DNA from: an uncultured Verrucomicrobiae bacterium
GTDB lineage: Bacteria; Verrucomicrobiota; Verrucomicrobiia; Chthoniobacterales; Chthoniobacteraceae
Assembly: GCA_963769025.1 (NCBI GenBank)
Contig: CAVYKI010000010.1
Coordinates: 192,001 to 256,000 of the forward strand
DNA length: 64,000 bases
Direction: 5' to 3'
The translations under genes were made by a program, and so were the position numbers. Below, one piece after another: positions 17,050-27,474 of this stretch. Each line of letters opens with the position of its first letter. Within the stretch, counting starts at the first letter, position 1. Below the pieces are notes generated by a model. It made no database searches and was not told the DNA's origin. It saw only the letters and a list, made by a program, of their open reading frames with translations.

Positions 17050-18684
17050 ATGAGGGTCGGCTTCGCCCAAATCAATCCCACGGTCGGCGACTTCGCCGGC
17101 AACAGCGCGCAAATCCTTGCGGCCTACACGTCGCTCGTGAAAGCCGGCGCGCAGGTGGTCCTCACCCCCGAGCTCGCCCTGCCCGGCTATCCCCCGCTCG
17201 ACCTCCTCTTCAAAAGCCGCTTCGTCCCCGACAACCTCGCCGCGCTCGAAGCGCTCCACGCCAGCGTCGGCGAAGTCCCGCTGCTCGTCGGCCATGTCGA
17301 TGTGAACACCGGGCGCGGGCGTCCATTTCGCAATGCAGCCGCGATCCTCCAGCGGGGCGAACCGATTCGCGGCGTCTTCAAGTCGCTCCTGCCGACCTAC
17401 GACGTCTTCGACGAAGCGCGCTATTTTCAGCCTGCGGAAACCCACGAGCCCGTCCAGATCGCGGGGGTCGCCTGCGGCGTCACCATCTGCGAGGACATCT
17501 GGAGCCGCGACTACCTCCCGCGCGAACTCTACGACTGCGACCCCCTCGCCGCCCTCGTTGCGCAGGGCGCAAAGCTCATCCTCAATCTCAGCGCATCACC
17601 GTTCGAGGTCGGCAAGCCGCGCCGGCGTTTCGACATGCTCGGCGCCCGCGCACGCACGCACCGCATCCCCATCGCGTACTGCAATGCCGTCGGCGGCAAC
17701 GACCAGTTGATCTTCGACGGCAATTCCTTCGCCGTCAGCGATACCGGCGACTGCCTCGCCCAGCTCGCATCGTTCCGGACGGAAAATGCGGTCGTCGAAT
17801 TCCTCACCCCGCACTCCGCCCTCCGCACCCCGCATTTCCAATGTGAGGAGGAGGAGCTCTTCGACGCCCTCGTCCTCGGCACCCGCGACTATCTCGCCAA
17901 GTGCGGATTCAAGAGCGCCGTCCTCGGCCTCAGCGGCGGCATCGACAGCGCCATCACCGCCGTCATCGCCGCACACGCGCTCGGGCCGGAAAACGTCCTC
18001 GGCGTCACCATGCCCACGCGCTACTCCAGCGAAGGCAGCGTGTCCGACTCGCTCCGGCTCGCCACGGCCCTCGGCATCCGCTGCCTGACCATCCCGATCG
18101 AGAAATCCTTCGCCGCCTTCAAGGAGCAGATGACGCCGTTTTTCGACGGCAAACCCGAGGACGTGACCGAGGAAAACATGCAGCCCCGCCTGCGCGGCAT
18201 GACGCTCATGGCGCTCAGCAACAAGTTCGGCCACATCCTCCTCACGACCGGCAACAAGAGCGAACTCGCCGTCGGCTACTGCACCCTCTACGGCGACATG
18301 TGCGGCGGCCTCGCGGTCATCAGCGACGTCCCGAAAATGATGATCTACCGCCTCGCCCGCTGGCTGAACCGCGACCGCGAAATCATCCCTGCCGCCACGA
18401 TCGAGAAACCGCCCAGCGCCGAACTGCGCCCGAACCAGCGCGACCAGGACACCCTTCCGCCCTACGAAATCCTCGACCCGATCCTCGAACTGCTCATCGA
18501 GGATCACCTCGGCACGGAGGAAATCGTCGCTCGCGGCTTCGACGAGCAGACCGTCCGCTGGGTCGTGAAGCGTGTCGCGCAAAACGAATACAAGCGCGCC
18601 CAGTCCGTCCCCGGCCTCAAGGTCACGAGCAAGGCCTTCGGCGTCGGCCGCCGCATGCCCGTCGCGCAGCGCTTCGCGGAATAA
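17050..18684 (+). CDS. nadE: Glutamine-dependent NAD+ synthetase
   Basis: CN-hydrolase domain (TPELALPGYPP, KSLLPTYDVFDEARYF, ICEDIW) plus synthetase domain (GLSGGIDS, TTGNKSE, PPSAELRP). Confidence 0.96.
   Translation: MRVGFAQINPTVGDFAGNSAQILAAYTSLVKAGAQVVLTPELALPGYPPLDLLFKSRFVPDNLAALEALHASVGEVPLLVGHVDVNTGRGRPFRNAAAILQRGEPIRGVFKSLLPTYDVFDEARYFQPAETHEPVQIAGVACGVTICEDIWSRDYLPRELYDCDPLAALVAQGAKLILNLSASPFEVGKPRRRFDMLGARARTHRIPIAYCNAVGGNDQLIFDGNSFAVSDTGDCLAQLASFRTENAVVEFLTPHSALRTPHFQCEEEELFDALVLGTRDYLAKCGFKSAVLGLSGGIDSAITAVIAAHALGPENVLGVTMPTRYSSEGSVSDSLRLATALGIRCLTIPIEKSFAAFKEQMTPFFDGKPEDVTEENMQPRLRGMTLMALSNKFGHILLTTGNKSELAVGYCTLYGDMCGGLAVISDVPKMMIYRLARWLNRDREIIPAATIEKPPSAELRPNQRDQDTLPPYEILDPILELLIEDHLGTEEIVARGFDEQTVRWVVKRVAQNEYKRAQSVPGLKVTSKAFGVGRRMPVAQRFAE
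17806..17833 (+). repeat. Four-copy heptamer tandem repeat inside the nadE interdomain linker
   Basis: ACCCCGC ACTCCGC CCTCCGC ACCCCGC, translated as TPHSALRTPH. Confidence 0.65.
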
Positions 18685-18850
18685 GCACGTCTCACGGTGA
18701 GACGCGGAAGCGCTGCCTCACGGAGCGGAGCGAAACCCCGTCACCGCCCCCGAGTCTTCGCTCCTTCGCGTTCCCATCGCGGCGGCTTCTTTCGAGTTCG
18801 ATGACATTTTGTTGCTGAACATCCGCCGCGGAATGTTGCTTACTCCGCCG

Positions 18851-19732
18851 ATGGATTTGCCGAGTTACCTCACCACCCGCATCAAGATCGTCGATCGCGC
18901 ACTCGATCGCCACCTTCCCGCCGAGACCGTGAAGCCGCACACCATCCACAAGGCGATGCGCTACTCGATCTTCGCCGGCGGCAAACGCCTGCGCCCCGTG
19001 CTCACGCTCGCCGCCGCCGAGGCGTGCGGCGGGAAAGTCGCGGACGCGCTCCCCGCCGCATGCGCCGTCGAGTGCATCCACACCTACTCGCTCATCCACG
19101 ACGATCTCCCGTGCATGGACGACGACGACCTCCGCCGCGGCCGCCCGACGAATCACAAGGTCTTCGGCGACGGCATCGCCGTCCTCGCCGGCGACGCGCT
19201 GCTCACCGTGGCGTTCGAGATTCTCGCAAAATCAAAACCTTCGAAACGCCATCCCATCGCGGCGCAAATCGCCGACCTCGCAGTCGCATCCGGCAGCCGC
19301 TGGCTCGTCGGCGGACAGGTCGCCGACCTCGAAGGCGAGGGCCGCAAGCTCGGCGGCGAGGATCTGAAATACATCCACCGCTGCAAGACCGCCGCGCTGC
19401 TCACCGCGAGCATCCGCCTCGGCGCGATGAGCGCGAACGCCACGCCCGCGCAGCTCAAGGCGCTCACGACATTCGGCCAGAGCGTCGGCCTCGCCTTCCA
19501 GGTCATCGACGACATTCTCGACGTGACGCAGCCGACCGAGAAACTCGGCAAGAGCGCCGGCAAGGATGTCGCCGCGCAAAAGGCCACCTACCCCGCCGTC
19601 TTCGGCCTCGAAAAAAGCCGCGCCGAGGCACACCGCCTCACGCGCACCGCGCACGCGGCACTGAAGCCATTCGGCAAAAAGGCCGACACGCTCCGCGCCC
19701 TCGCCGACTACCTGCTCGCCCGCGAGTACTGA
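18851..19732 (+). CDS. ispA: Farnesyl/geranylgeranyl diphosphate synthase
   Basis: GGKRLRP, first Asp-rich motif IHDDLPCMDDDDLRRG, second motif FQVIDDILD, and GKSAGKD. Confidence 0.93.
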   Translation: MDLPSYLTTRIKIVDRALDRHLPAETVKPHTIHKAMRYSIFAGGKRLRPVLTLAAAEACGGKVADALPAACAVECIHTYSLIHDDLPCMDDDDLRRGRPTNHKVFGDGIAVLAGDALLTVAFEILAKSKPSKRHPIAAQIADLAVASGSRWLVGGQVADLEGEGRKLGGEDLKYIHRCKTAALLTASIRLGAMSANATPAQLKALTTFGQSVGLAFQVIDDILDVTQPTEKLGKSAGKDVAAQKATYPAVFGLEKSRAEAHRLTRTAHAALKPFGKKADTLRALADYLLAREY

Positions 19733-19751
19733 GGCACGCGCCCGGGCGCGC

Positions 19752-20749
19752 CTACGCGCGCGCGTCGAGCTGGAGATTCGGATCGATGTCCTCGCTCAGA
19801 TCGCTCGACTGCCCGGCCTCCGTCCTGAGCGCGGCGACGTAGGCGATCATCGCCGCGTTGTCCGTGCAGAGCGAAGGCTCGGCGAGCAGCAGTTCGATGC
19901 CGCGCGCCGAACACGCCGCCGCAAGCTTCTCGCGCAGCCGGGAATTGCAGCTCACCCCGCCGCTCACCGCGATCGTCTTCCGCCGCGTCTCGATCGCGGC
20001 GCGCACCGTCTTTTCCACGAGCACGTCCACGACCGCCTCCTGGAACGACGCGCACACATCGGCGACCGGCGATGCTCGTCCATTTTCTGAAGCAGATAGC
20101 GCACGCTCGTCTTCAGCCCGCTGAAGCTGAATGCAAAATCCCCGGACGACAGCATCGAGCGCGGAAAATCAAAGCGCGTCGGATCGCCCTCGCACGCGAG
20201 CCGGTTCACGTTCGGCCCGCCGGGATACGGCAGGCCGAGCAGCTTGCCCACCTTGTCAAACGCCTCGCCCGCCGCGTCGTCCTGCGTCTTCCCGAGCAGC
20301 CGGTATCGTCCGACCGCCTCAATCTCCACGAGCAACGTGTGCCCGCCGCTGACCACGAGCCCGATGGCCGGACGCACGCCGCCATGACCGAAAAACGGCG
20401 AGAGCAGGTGCGCCTCGATGTGATTCACCGCCACGAACGGCCGCCGGAAACCGAGCGCCAGCCCCTTCGCCGCGGAGAGCCCGATCATCAGCGACGTCGC
20501 CAGCCCCGGCCCGCGCGTCGCGGCGAAAATCTCGACCCCTTCGAGCGGGACACCGGCATTTTGCAGCGCGGCATCCATCACCGGACGCAGCATCCGCAGA
20601 TGATTGCGCGACGCCACCTCCGGCACCACGCCGCCAGTGAGCGCATGCAGCGCGATCTGCGACGACACTTCGCTCGACAGCAGCGCGCCATCGCGCAGCA
20701 CCGCCGCCGCCGTCTCGTCGCAGGAGGTCTCGATGGCGAGGACCGTCAC
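19752..20749 (-). CDS. tsaD: tRNA N6-threonylcarbamoyladenosine transferase TsaD, frameshift near 20075
   Basis: LAIETSCDETAAA, GGVVPEVASRNH, NHIEAH, VSGGHT, DDAAGEAFDK and FSFSGLKT. The C-terminal SFQEAV...GGVSCN...CTDNAAMI is in another frame. Confidence 0.95.
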
Positions 20750-20754
20750 TGCGC

Positions 20755-22030
20755 CTACTTGCCCCCCGCGCGCTGTGCGTACACGAGCACGCCCTTGAGC
20801 GCATCCACCGCGCGGTCGAGCTGCGTGTCGCGGAAATTCGCGAGGTCCTTCTTCCGCTGTTCATCCGGAAGATCCTCGCGGCGCTGGATAATGAGCGCCC
20901 TTTCCTGTTCGAGCGACATCGGCGCGAGGATCGTCGGCGCGACACCGTGCTCGTGGATCACCTGGTGACCCGGCGTGTAATACTTCGCCGTCGTCAGCCG
21001 CAGCGCGGAACCATCGGGCAGCTGCATGATGCTCTGCACGCTGCCTTTTCCAAAGGTCGTCTCGCCCACGAGAATCGCGCGGTTCGTGTCCTTGAGCGCG
21101 CCCGCGACGATCTCGCTGCCGCTCGCGCTGCCGTTGTTGATGAGCACGGCCACCGGATAATTCGCACGCCGGCGCAACGCGGGGTTCGCGGTGTATTTTC
21201 GCGACTGCGAAGGCGACGCGACCCTCGGTCGTCGCGACGACCGTCGCCGGCGGGAGAAACATGCCCGCGACATCCACCGCCGAACTGAGCAAGCCGCCGG
21301 GATTGAATCGCAAATCGAGCACCAGCGCCTGCATGCCCTTCTTCTCCAGTTCATCGAGCTTCTTCGCCAGTTCCTCCGCGGTCGGCGCGTTGAATTGCGT
21401 GATGCGCGCGTAGCCGATCTTCATCTGCCCGGTCATCTCCTGCGGGAGCAGCTTCGCGTCCTTCACGCTCCAGACCTTGATCGTCTCGCGCACCATCTCG
21501 AAATCTTTGATCTCCTTCGTGCCGGGCCGGAGAATCGTCAGCGTCACCTTCGTCCCCGGCGCGCCGCGGAGTTTTTCGATCGCGCCGTTGAGATCCAGCC
21601 GCTCGGCGCTCTGGCCGTCGATCTTGATGATCTTGTCCCCCGGCAGCAGCCCGGCGCGAAAGCCCGGCGAATCCTCCATCGGCGACACGACGATGAGGTC
21701 GCCATTCCGCTCCGTCACATGCACGCCGAGCCCGCCGAAACGGCTCTCCGTGTCCTCCTTCATGTCCTCGAAATTCGCCGGCTCCATGAATTGCGAATGC
21801 GGATCGAGGCTCTGGAGCATCCCCTTCAGCGCCGCGCGCATGAGCTGCTCGTAGCCGATCTTTTTCCCGTCCACGTAGTCCTGCCGGATCAATTCCATCG
21901 CGCGCGTGAGCGTCTTGATCTGCTCGTAGGGCGAATCCTTGTCCCCCGCAGGCGCCGCGTCTTCCGCGCGCAATCCCGCCACCGGAAGACAGAGCCAGAT
22001 GAGTACGGGCAGGAAACGGGGAAGCTTCAT
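20755..22030 (-). CDS. ctpA: Carboxy-terminal processing protease (S41A), frameshift near 21212
   Basis: Signal peptide, LDPHS, PDZ domain (FGGLGV), [31 protein letters not shown] and LTTAKYYTP. Confidence 0.93.
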
Positions 22031-22036
22031 GGCGCG

Positions 22037-22045
22037 ACCGTAGCA
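22037..22045 (-). promoter_or_regulatory. Extended -10 element for ctpA (leaderless)
   Basis: Minus strand TGC-TACGGT, 6 nt, ATG (22030). Confidence 0.5.
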
Positions 22046-22070
22046 CCCGGCGGCACTTTGAAAAGCGCCA

Positions 22071-22105
22071 GGTAGGGCGCTTTCGCCGAAAGCGCCCACG
22101 CATCC
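22071..22105 (+). repeat. GTAG-type REP-like palindrome, intergenic copy
   Basis: GGTAG-GGCGCTTTC-GCC-GAAAGCGCC-CACGCATCC; 34 of 35 nt identical to 35087..35121. Confidence 0.8.
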
Positions 22106-22175
22106 TCCGCTCGGGCCACGCCCCACGCGGCCAATTTCACTCGTCACGCGCCCCCCGCCCGGGAAAACTCCCGCC

Positions 22176-23165
22176 ATGTCCTCGCCTTCCTCATCCGAAC
22201 ACCTCGCCCGCGCGCGCCGTGTGTTCGAACTCGAACTCGCCGAGGTCCGGCGCGTCGGCGAGCGCCTCGACGAATCGTTCGTGCAGGCCATCGAGACCAT
22301 CCGCGACGCCACCGGCAGGCGCGCCAAGGTCGTCCTCGTCGGCGTGGGAAAGTCCGGACACATCGGCGAGAAGATCTCGGCGACGCTCACCAGCACCGGT
22401 ACGCCGGCGGTGATGCTGAACGCCCTCAACGCGCTGCACGGCGACCTCGGCATCGTGTGCGACGGCGACGTCGTCCTCATCCTCAGCAACAGCGGCGAGA
22501 CCGACGAACTTGTGAACATCTTCCCGGCGCTGGCGCGGCTCGATGTGCGCATCATCGCCATCACCGGAAAGCGCGACTCATTCCTCGCAAAGAACGCGCA
22601 CATCCACCTCGACGCATCCGTGGAGCGCGAAGCCTGCCCGCTCGAACTCGCACCGACATCGAGCACCACCGCGATGCTGGTCCTCGGCGATGCGCTCGCG
22701 ATGACATTGCTGGAAGCCCGCGGCTTCACGCGCGAGGACTTCGCGAAATTTCACCCGAACGGCAAACTCGGCCGCACCCTTCTCCTCACCGTCGATCAAA
22801 TCATGCGCAGCCCGGACCAGATGGCGCGCATCATGCCCGCCACCGTCGTGCGCGAGGTCCTCTTCGAGATGGCGCGCCGGCGCGCCGGATGCGCCGTGGC
22901 CGTGGATGACGGCGGCACGCTCGCCGGGATTTTCACCCAGGGCGACTTTGCCAGGCACCTGGAAAAGAACCCCAACCTCCTCGAGCTCGCTGTCACGCCC
23001 TTCCTCACACGGAAGCCAATCACCATCCGCGCGGGGGCCCTCGCGTTCGAAGTCCTCCACATCCTCGAACACCACCGCATCGACGATCTCGTGGTCGTGG
23101 ACGCCGCCAACCGTCCCGTCGGCATCGTGGACACGCAGGACCTCGCGCGCTTCCGCCTCGTGTAA
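22176..23165 (+). CDS. kdsD: Arabinose-5-phosphate isomerase (KpsF/GutQ family, SIS + CBS)
   Basis: GVGKSGHIG, HGDLG, SNSGET, EACPLELAPTSST, FHPNGKLG and a CBS pair. Confidence 0.93.
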   Translation: MSSPSSSEHLARARRVFELELAEVRRVGERLDESFVQAIETIRDATGRRAKVVLVGVGKSGHIGEKISATLTSTGTPAVMLNALNALHGDLGIVCDGDVVLILSNSGETDELVNIFPALARLDVRIIAITGKRDSFLAKNAHIHLDASVEREACPLELAPTSSTTAMLVLGDALAMTLLEARGFTREDFAKFHPNGKLGRTLLLTVDQIMRSPDQMARIMPATVVREVLFEMARRRAGCAVAVDDGGTLAGIFTQGDFARHLEKNPNLLELAVTPFLTRKPITIRAGALAFEVLHILEHHRIDDLVVVDAANRPVGIVDTQDLARFRLV

Positions 23166-23169
23166 GAAC

Positions 23170-23251
23170 AATCCGCAGATTGCGCAGATGAGCGCAGATT
23201 TGAAGAGAACCGCTCGGCTTCATCCGCGGGAATCTGCGCAATCTGCGGATT
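23170..23251. repeat. Intergenic inverted-repeat element built from CGCAGAT units
   Basis: Perfect 20-bp inverted arms AATCCGCAGATTGCGCAGAT (23170-23189) and ATCTGCGCAATCTGCGGATT (23232-23251), with a third CGCAGAT unit on the left side. Confidence 0.8.
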
Positions 23252-23268
23252 CAACCTCCCCACTCTTT

Positions 23269-24294
23269 ATGAACCACCTGCTCGAAGAACCCCTCGCCGA
23301 TCCTCTTTCGCTCTACCGGTACCGCGACGGCATCAGCGCGGTCGATCTCCTCACCGTCGGCATCGCGCACCTCGATTTCTTCACGTGGCTCGCCGACCAT
23401 CCGAGCACGCTCGGGGCGATCTGCGCGCATTTTGAGATCCACACCCGGCCTGCGGACGTGATGCTCACGCTCTTCCGCGCACAGGATCTCGTGACGCAGA
23501 GCGGCGGCGTATTTCTCCTCACGCTGCGCGGCCGCGAGCACCTCACCGCAAGCTCGCGCTGGAATCTCGCGCCGTACTTCGCCTCGACGAAGGACCGCCA
23601 GCCGACGCTCGACATGCTGAAGGTTCTCAAGACCGGCAAGCCCGCGAACTTCGGCAGCTTCGACCCGCAGGCCTGGGCGCAGGCGATGCAGCGGCCCGAT
23701 TTCGCCGCGCACTTCACCGCCGCGATGGACTGCCGCGGCGTGCTGCTCGGGCCCGCGATGGCGAAGCTCCTCGACCTCTCGCAGCACCATGCGCTGCTCG
23801 ATCTCGCCGGCGGCAGCGGCATCTACGCCTGCGCGCTCGCCGCGAAGAATCCCCACCTCCGCGCGACGGTGCTCGAACGGGCGCCAGTGGATCGCATCGC
23901 CACCGAGTGCATCGCGAAGCAGGGCTGCTCGGAGCGTGTGAATGTCATCACTGGCGACATCTTCGCCGCGCCGCTGCCGACGGGCTTCGACGTGCATCTG
24001 TGGTCGAACGTCCTCCACGACTGGGACGAGCCGGACGTGCGCAAGCTGCTCGCGAAATCGCGCGACACGCTGCCCTCCGGCGGCCTCGTCGTCATTCACG
24101 ACGCATTCATCAACGCCGAGAAGACCGGCCCGCTGCACATCGCCGAGTACTCCGCGCTGCTGATGAACATCACCGAGGGAAAATGCTACTCCATCGGCGA
24201 AATGCGGAGCTATCTCGGCGAACTCGATTTCGAGTGGCTGGAACACAAGTCCACCGCCGTCGGCCGCGGATTCATCGTCGCGCGCAAACCGTAG
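23269..24294 (+). CDS. SAM-dependent O-methyltransferase (Methyltransf_2 with dimerisation domain)
   Basis: LLDLAGGSG, GDIF and SNVLHDWDE motifs, plus an N-terminal winged-helix-like region. Confidence 0.88.
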   Translation: MNHLLEEPLADPLSLYRYRDGISAVDLLTVGIAHLDFFTWLADHPSTLGAICAHFEIHTRPADVMLTLFRAQDLVTQSGGVFLLTLRGREHLTASSRWNLAPYFASTKDRQPTLDMLKVLKTGKPANFGSFDPQAWAQAMQRPDFAAHFTAAMDCRGVLLGPAMAKLLDLSQHHALLDLAGGSGIYACALAAKNPHLRATVLERAPVDRIATECIAKQGCSERVNVITGDIFAAPLPTGFDVHLWSNVLHDWDEPDVRKLLAKSRDTLPSGGLVVIHDAFINAEKTGPLHIAEYSALLMNITEGKCYSIGEMRSYLGELDFEWLEHKSTAVGRGFIVARKP

Positions 24295-24314
24295 CCGCGA
24301 GTCTGACACCGCAG

Positions 24315-27300
24315 CTATTTTTTCGTGAAGTAGCTGAAGAGATCGCGCACCTGCTGATCGCTGAGCGCGTCGAGCAGGCCCTCGGGCATGAGCGACATCG
24401 GTGATGCGGTCAGCGACTTCAAATCCGCACGGCTGAGCACCAGCTTCTGGCCGTTCAGATCGCGGATCGTCACCGACTGCGGCGTCTGCGCGTCCATGAA
24501 ACCCATGAGCGTCTGCCCGTCACGCGTCTCGACCGAAAATGCCGTGAACTCCTCCCGGATCGCCAGGCTCGGATCGATGATTGCCGGCAGCATGAAATCC
24601 AAATTGTCGCGCTCATAACCCGTGAGGTCCGGGCCGATTTTCCCGCCCTCGCGCCCGAACGTGTGGCACACCGCGCACGACGTCTTGAAAATCGCGTGCC
24701 CTGCTTCAGCGTCGCCTTTGCCGGTGGCGAGGAGCTTCCGCACCTGCGCGATGCGCGCCTCCTTCGCGGCGGTGCCCTGTTTCAGTGTGCTCCAGTGTTT
24801 CGCGAGAAGCGCGTCGCAAGCCGAGTCGTGCAGGCCTTGGATCGTGAGCAGGTTCGCCGCTGTGAGATGCTCCTTCTTCACGCCGCCGGCGTCCACGGCC
24901 GTGAGCAGCAGTCGCGCCCATGGCGGCCGGCTCGCGAGCGCGGCAAACACGGTGGAGCGGACCTTTGCCGACATGGTCGGCGCGAGTTCGAGGAAGGTGC
25001 GCGCGACTTCCTCTCCGCTGAAGCGCTGAAGCGCGTTTGCCACCGCTAGCTGCATGGGTTCCGCCTTCTCGGCTTTCAACAGTTCGAGAAAGACTGGCAC
25101 GGCCTTCTCCTCCCGCTGCTCCGCAAGCAACGCGATCAGGGCGGTGCGCTCGGCGGCTTTTCCTTTGACGTCGCGGACGCGCTCCATCGCGACGCCCATC
25201 GCTGTCGCATCGCCGAGCCGGACGCCGAGTCTCACCAAAGCGGGAACGGCACCGGCCTCCTTCCAGAGGGACGCAAATACGCTCCGCAATTCCGCGGGGA
25301 TCGCGCCCGCCGCGCCGCCCTGCAGGCCTGCGTCCATGCCTTCCGCGAGCCTCAGCCGGTTCTCGGGATCCGGTGCGAGCGCGAGCAGCCGCGCACAAAT
25401 CTTCAGCCCCGACTCGCCGCGCTCCGCGGTGAAACGCTGCCCGAGCCGCGTCGCGATGGTCTGCTGGAAAATCGGTGCGGCCCACAGCGATTCGTCGCCG
25501 AGCATCGCCATCACCGCCTCGCGGTCCGCGTCGCATTTGCTCTCCAACGCCCACCACAGGAGCAGCGCCTGGTGCCTGTCCGTCGCGTCCTCGCTGCGCA
25601 CGAGCAGTTCGCGGATGATTGGCACCGCATCTCCCGCGGGCAGGCGGCGCGCGGTGCTCGCGAGTTGCGTGCGCACTTCCACGTCCGCCTCGGAGCGCGC
25701 GAGCTGCACGAACGCATCACGCGCGGCGGTGCCCACGTGCTTCGCGTCGCCGAGCAGGCGCGCGGTCCAGTAGCGCAACATCGGATGCGAATGCCCGAGC
25801 GTCTTCAGCGCGTAGCCCTCGTCGAAGCCACCGCACGCATTCACCGCCCAGAAAGCCTCCAGCCCGAGCTGGCCGCGCTCCTTTTCCACCATCTCGCGCA
25901 GTTTCGGCACGAGCGTCGCATCGCGCCGGTCCCACAACACGCGGAGCGCGGTCTGCCGGTGCCACTTGTTCGGATGCGAGAGCTTCGCGATCAATTCGTC
26001 GCCGCTCATCTTTGCAAAATCAAAACTCTCCTGCTTTGCGCCCGCTCCCGCTGCGCGCAGGCGCCAGATGCGGCCCGACTCCTTGTCCCAAGTGTCACGC
26101 GGATCGAGATGGCTGAGCCGGCTGTCCGACCAGTCGGCGAAAAACAGCGATCCATCCGGACCCGTCTTCGTGTCCACGGGGCGGAACCAATTGCTGGCCG
26201 ACTCGAAAAGCGCCGGCCCGTCCTCAGTGCGGAATGTCGAGGTGTCGCGATACAGCGCCGTGCCGAGCACGCGATTCGTGAGCGCCATCGAGGCGATGAA
26301 CTTTCCCTCCAGCGACGGGATCGCGCCGCCCTCGTAGATCACCATGCTCTGCGAAAAACGCCGCGTCTCGCCCTTGTGCGCCATGTGCGTGAACCAGCCG
26401 AACGAGTAGGGATTCATCAGCGGCCCGTGCTTGCCCCAGTTCTTCTCGAATGCGCCGCCCTGCGGATAATGCAGCCCGCGCTGGCTTCCGTTCGTGCCGG
26501 AAAAAACGCGGCCCTCGCGATCGAAATCGAGGCTGTAAGTATTGCCGCCGCCCTCGGCGAAGACCTCGAATTCATCCGTCCGCGGATTGTAGCGCCAGAT
26601 CGCCTGGCCGAGAAATTTGATCCCCCGGACATCAGCCGTGCATGTGCTGCCGTGCGCGCCGTAGAGCCAGCCGTCCGGCCCCCATTCGAGCGAGTTTGCG
26701 CCGCTGTGCGTGTCCTCGAGACCGAAGCCGCTCAGCACCACGCGCGGCACGGCAGCGCCGTTTTCCATCACGTCTGGAATGTCGTCGCGATTCTTGTCCG
26801 GGTAAAAAAGGAGGTAGGGCGGATTCAGGATCCATACGCCGCCGCGGCCGGTGACGACGCTGCGCGCGATGTTCAGGTCGGAGACGAAATCCTTCGCCTT
26901 GTCGTAAACGCCGTCGCCCTTGCTGCTCTCGAGGATCGTGATGCGATCCGCGCCCTTGAAATGGTTCGGCGGCGGCGGCGGCACCTTGTCGAAGACAGCG
27001 CGCAGGTATTCGTCGTAGCGCACGATCTTCAGGCCCGCGGGAAACGGGTATTGCAGGTACTGCACGACCCAGAGCCGCCCGCGCTCGTCGAAGTGCATGT
27101 CGAGCGGCTGCCGGACCATCGGCTCGCTCGCCACGATGTCGAGTGCAAGACCGTCCGCGACCTTGCACGCCGCGAGCGCGTCGGCGGTAGTGGGCTTTGG
27201 CGCCGTGTCGCCCAGTGCACCGCGGCCGGTGAAGCGCTTCACGAATTCCGCCATCTCCGGTGAAAATTTTTCATCGGCGTGAACGGTGACCGGCAGCGCG

Positions 27301-27338
27301 CAGAGGGCGGCGAGGACGGGGAAGGTTGCGATTTTCAT
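24315..27338 (-). CDS. PVC-type beta-propeller dehydrogenase / HEAT-repeat / c-type heme protein
   Basis: Signal peptide; ASEPMVRQPLDMHFDERGRLWV, WGPDGWLY and FRPVD..GPDGSL propeller motifs; HEAT-like repeats; C-terminal CAVCH...GPDLT...SLMPEGL. Confidence 0.9.
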   Translation of the reverse strand: MKIATFPVLAALCALPVTVHADEKFSPEMAEFVKRFTGRGALGDTAPKPTTADALAACKVADGLALDIVASEPMVRQPLDMHFDERGRLWVVQYLQYPFPAGLKIVRYDEYLRAVFDKVPPPPPNHFKGADRITILESSKGDGVYDKAKDFVSDLNIARSVVTGRGGVWILNPPYLLFYPDKNRDDIPDVMENGAAVPRVVLSGFGLEDTHSGANSLEWGPDGWLYGAHGSTCTADVRGIKFLGQAIWRYNPRTDEFEVFAEGGGNTYSLDFDREGRVFSGTNGSQRGLHYPQGGAFEKNWGKHGPLMNPYSFGWFTHMAHKGETRRFSQSMVIYEGGAIPSLEGKFIASMALTNRVLGTALYRDTSTFRTEDGPALFESASNWFRPVDTKTGPDGSLFFADWSDSRLSHLDPRDTWDKESGRIWRLRAAGAGAKQESFDFAKMSGDELIAKLSHPNKWHRQTALRVLWDRRDATLVPKLREMVEKERGQLGLEAFWAVNACGGFDEGYALKTLGHSHPMLRYWTARLLGDAKHVGTAARDAFVQLARSEADVEVRTQLASTARRLPAGDAVPIIRELLVRSEDATDRHQALLLWWALESKCDADREAVMAMLGDESLWAAPIFQQTIATRLGQRFTAERGESGLKICARLLALAPDPENRLRLAEGMDAGLQGGAAGAIPAELRSVFASLWKEAGAVPALVRLGVRLGDATAMGVAMERVRDVKGKAAERTALIALLAEQREEKAVPVFLELLKAEKAEPMQLAVANALQRFSGEEVARTFLELAPTMSAKVRSTVFAALASRPPWARLLLTAVDAGGVKKEHLTAANLLTIQGLHDSACDALLAKHWSTLKQGTAAKEARIAQVRKLLATGKGDAEAGHAIFKTSCAVCHTFGREGGKIGPDLTGYERDNLDFMLPAIIDPSLAIREEFTAFSVETRDGQTLMGFMDAQTPQSVTIRDLNGQKLVLSRADLKSLTASPMSLMPEGLLDALSDQQVRDLFSYFTKK

Positions 27339-27474
27339 GGGGGAGGAATGGGACCGTGCTGGAAGGGAAAAGCGGTGAATGCCGCACGCCTTAGCTTCGA
27401 CCCGTTCATCGCGGGGCGCGGCAGTGCGTTGCATTCGGCCGTTCTTTGGCGAAAGTCCGCGGCATTCCAAGAAG

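Noticed and set aside
18690..18790. Possible degenerate repeat or hairpin between nadE and ispA
   Set aside because: The arms are too degenerate to define, and there is no second copy in the window.
22906..23268. N-terminal extension of the methyltransferase (462-aa ORF)
   Set aside because: It reads through the kdsD end and the inverted-repeat element; the plausible start is ATG 23269.
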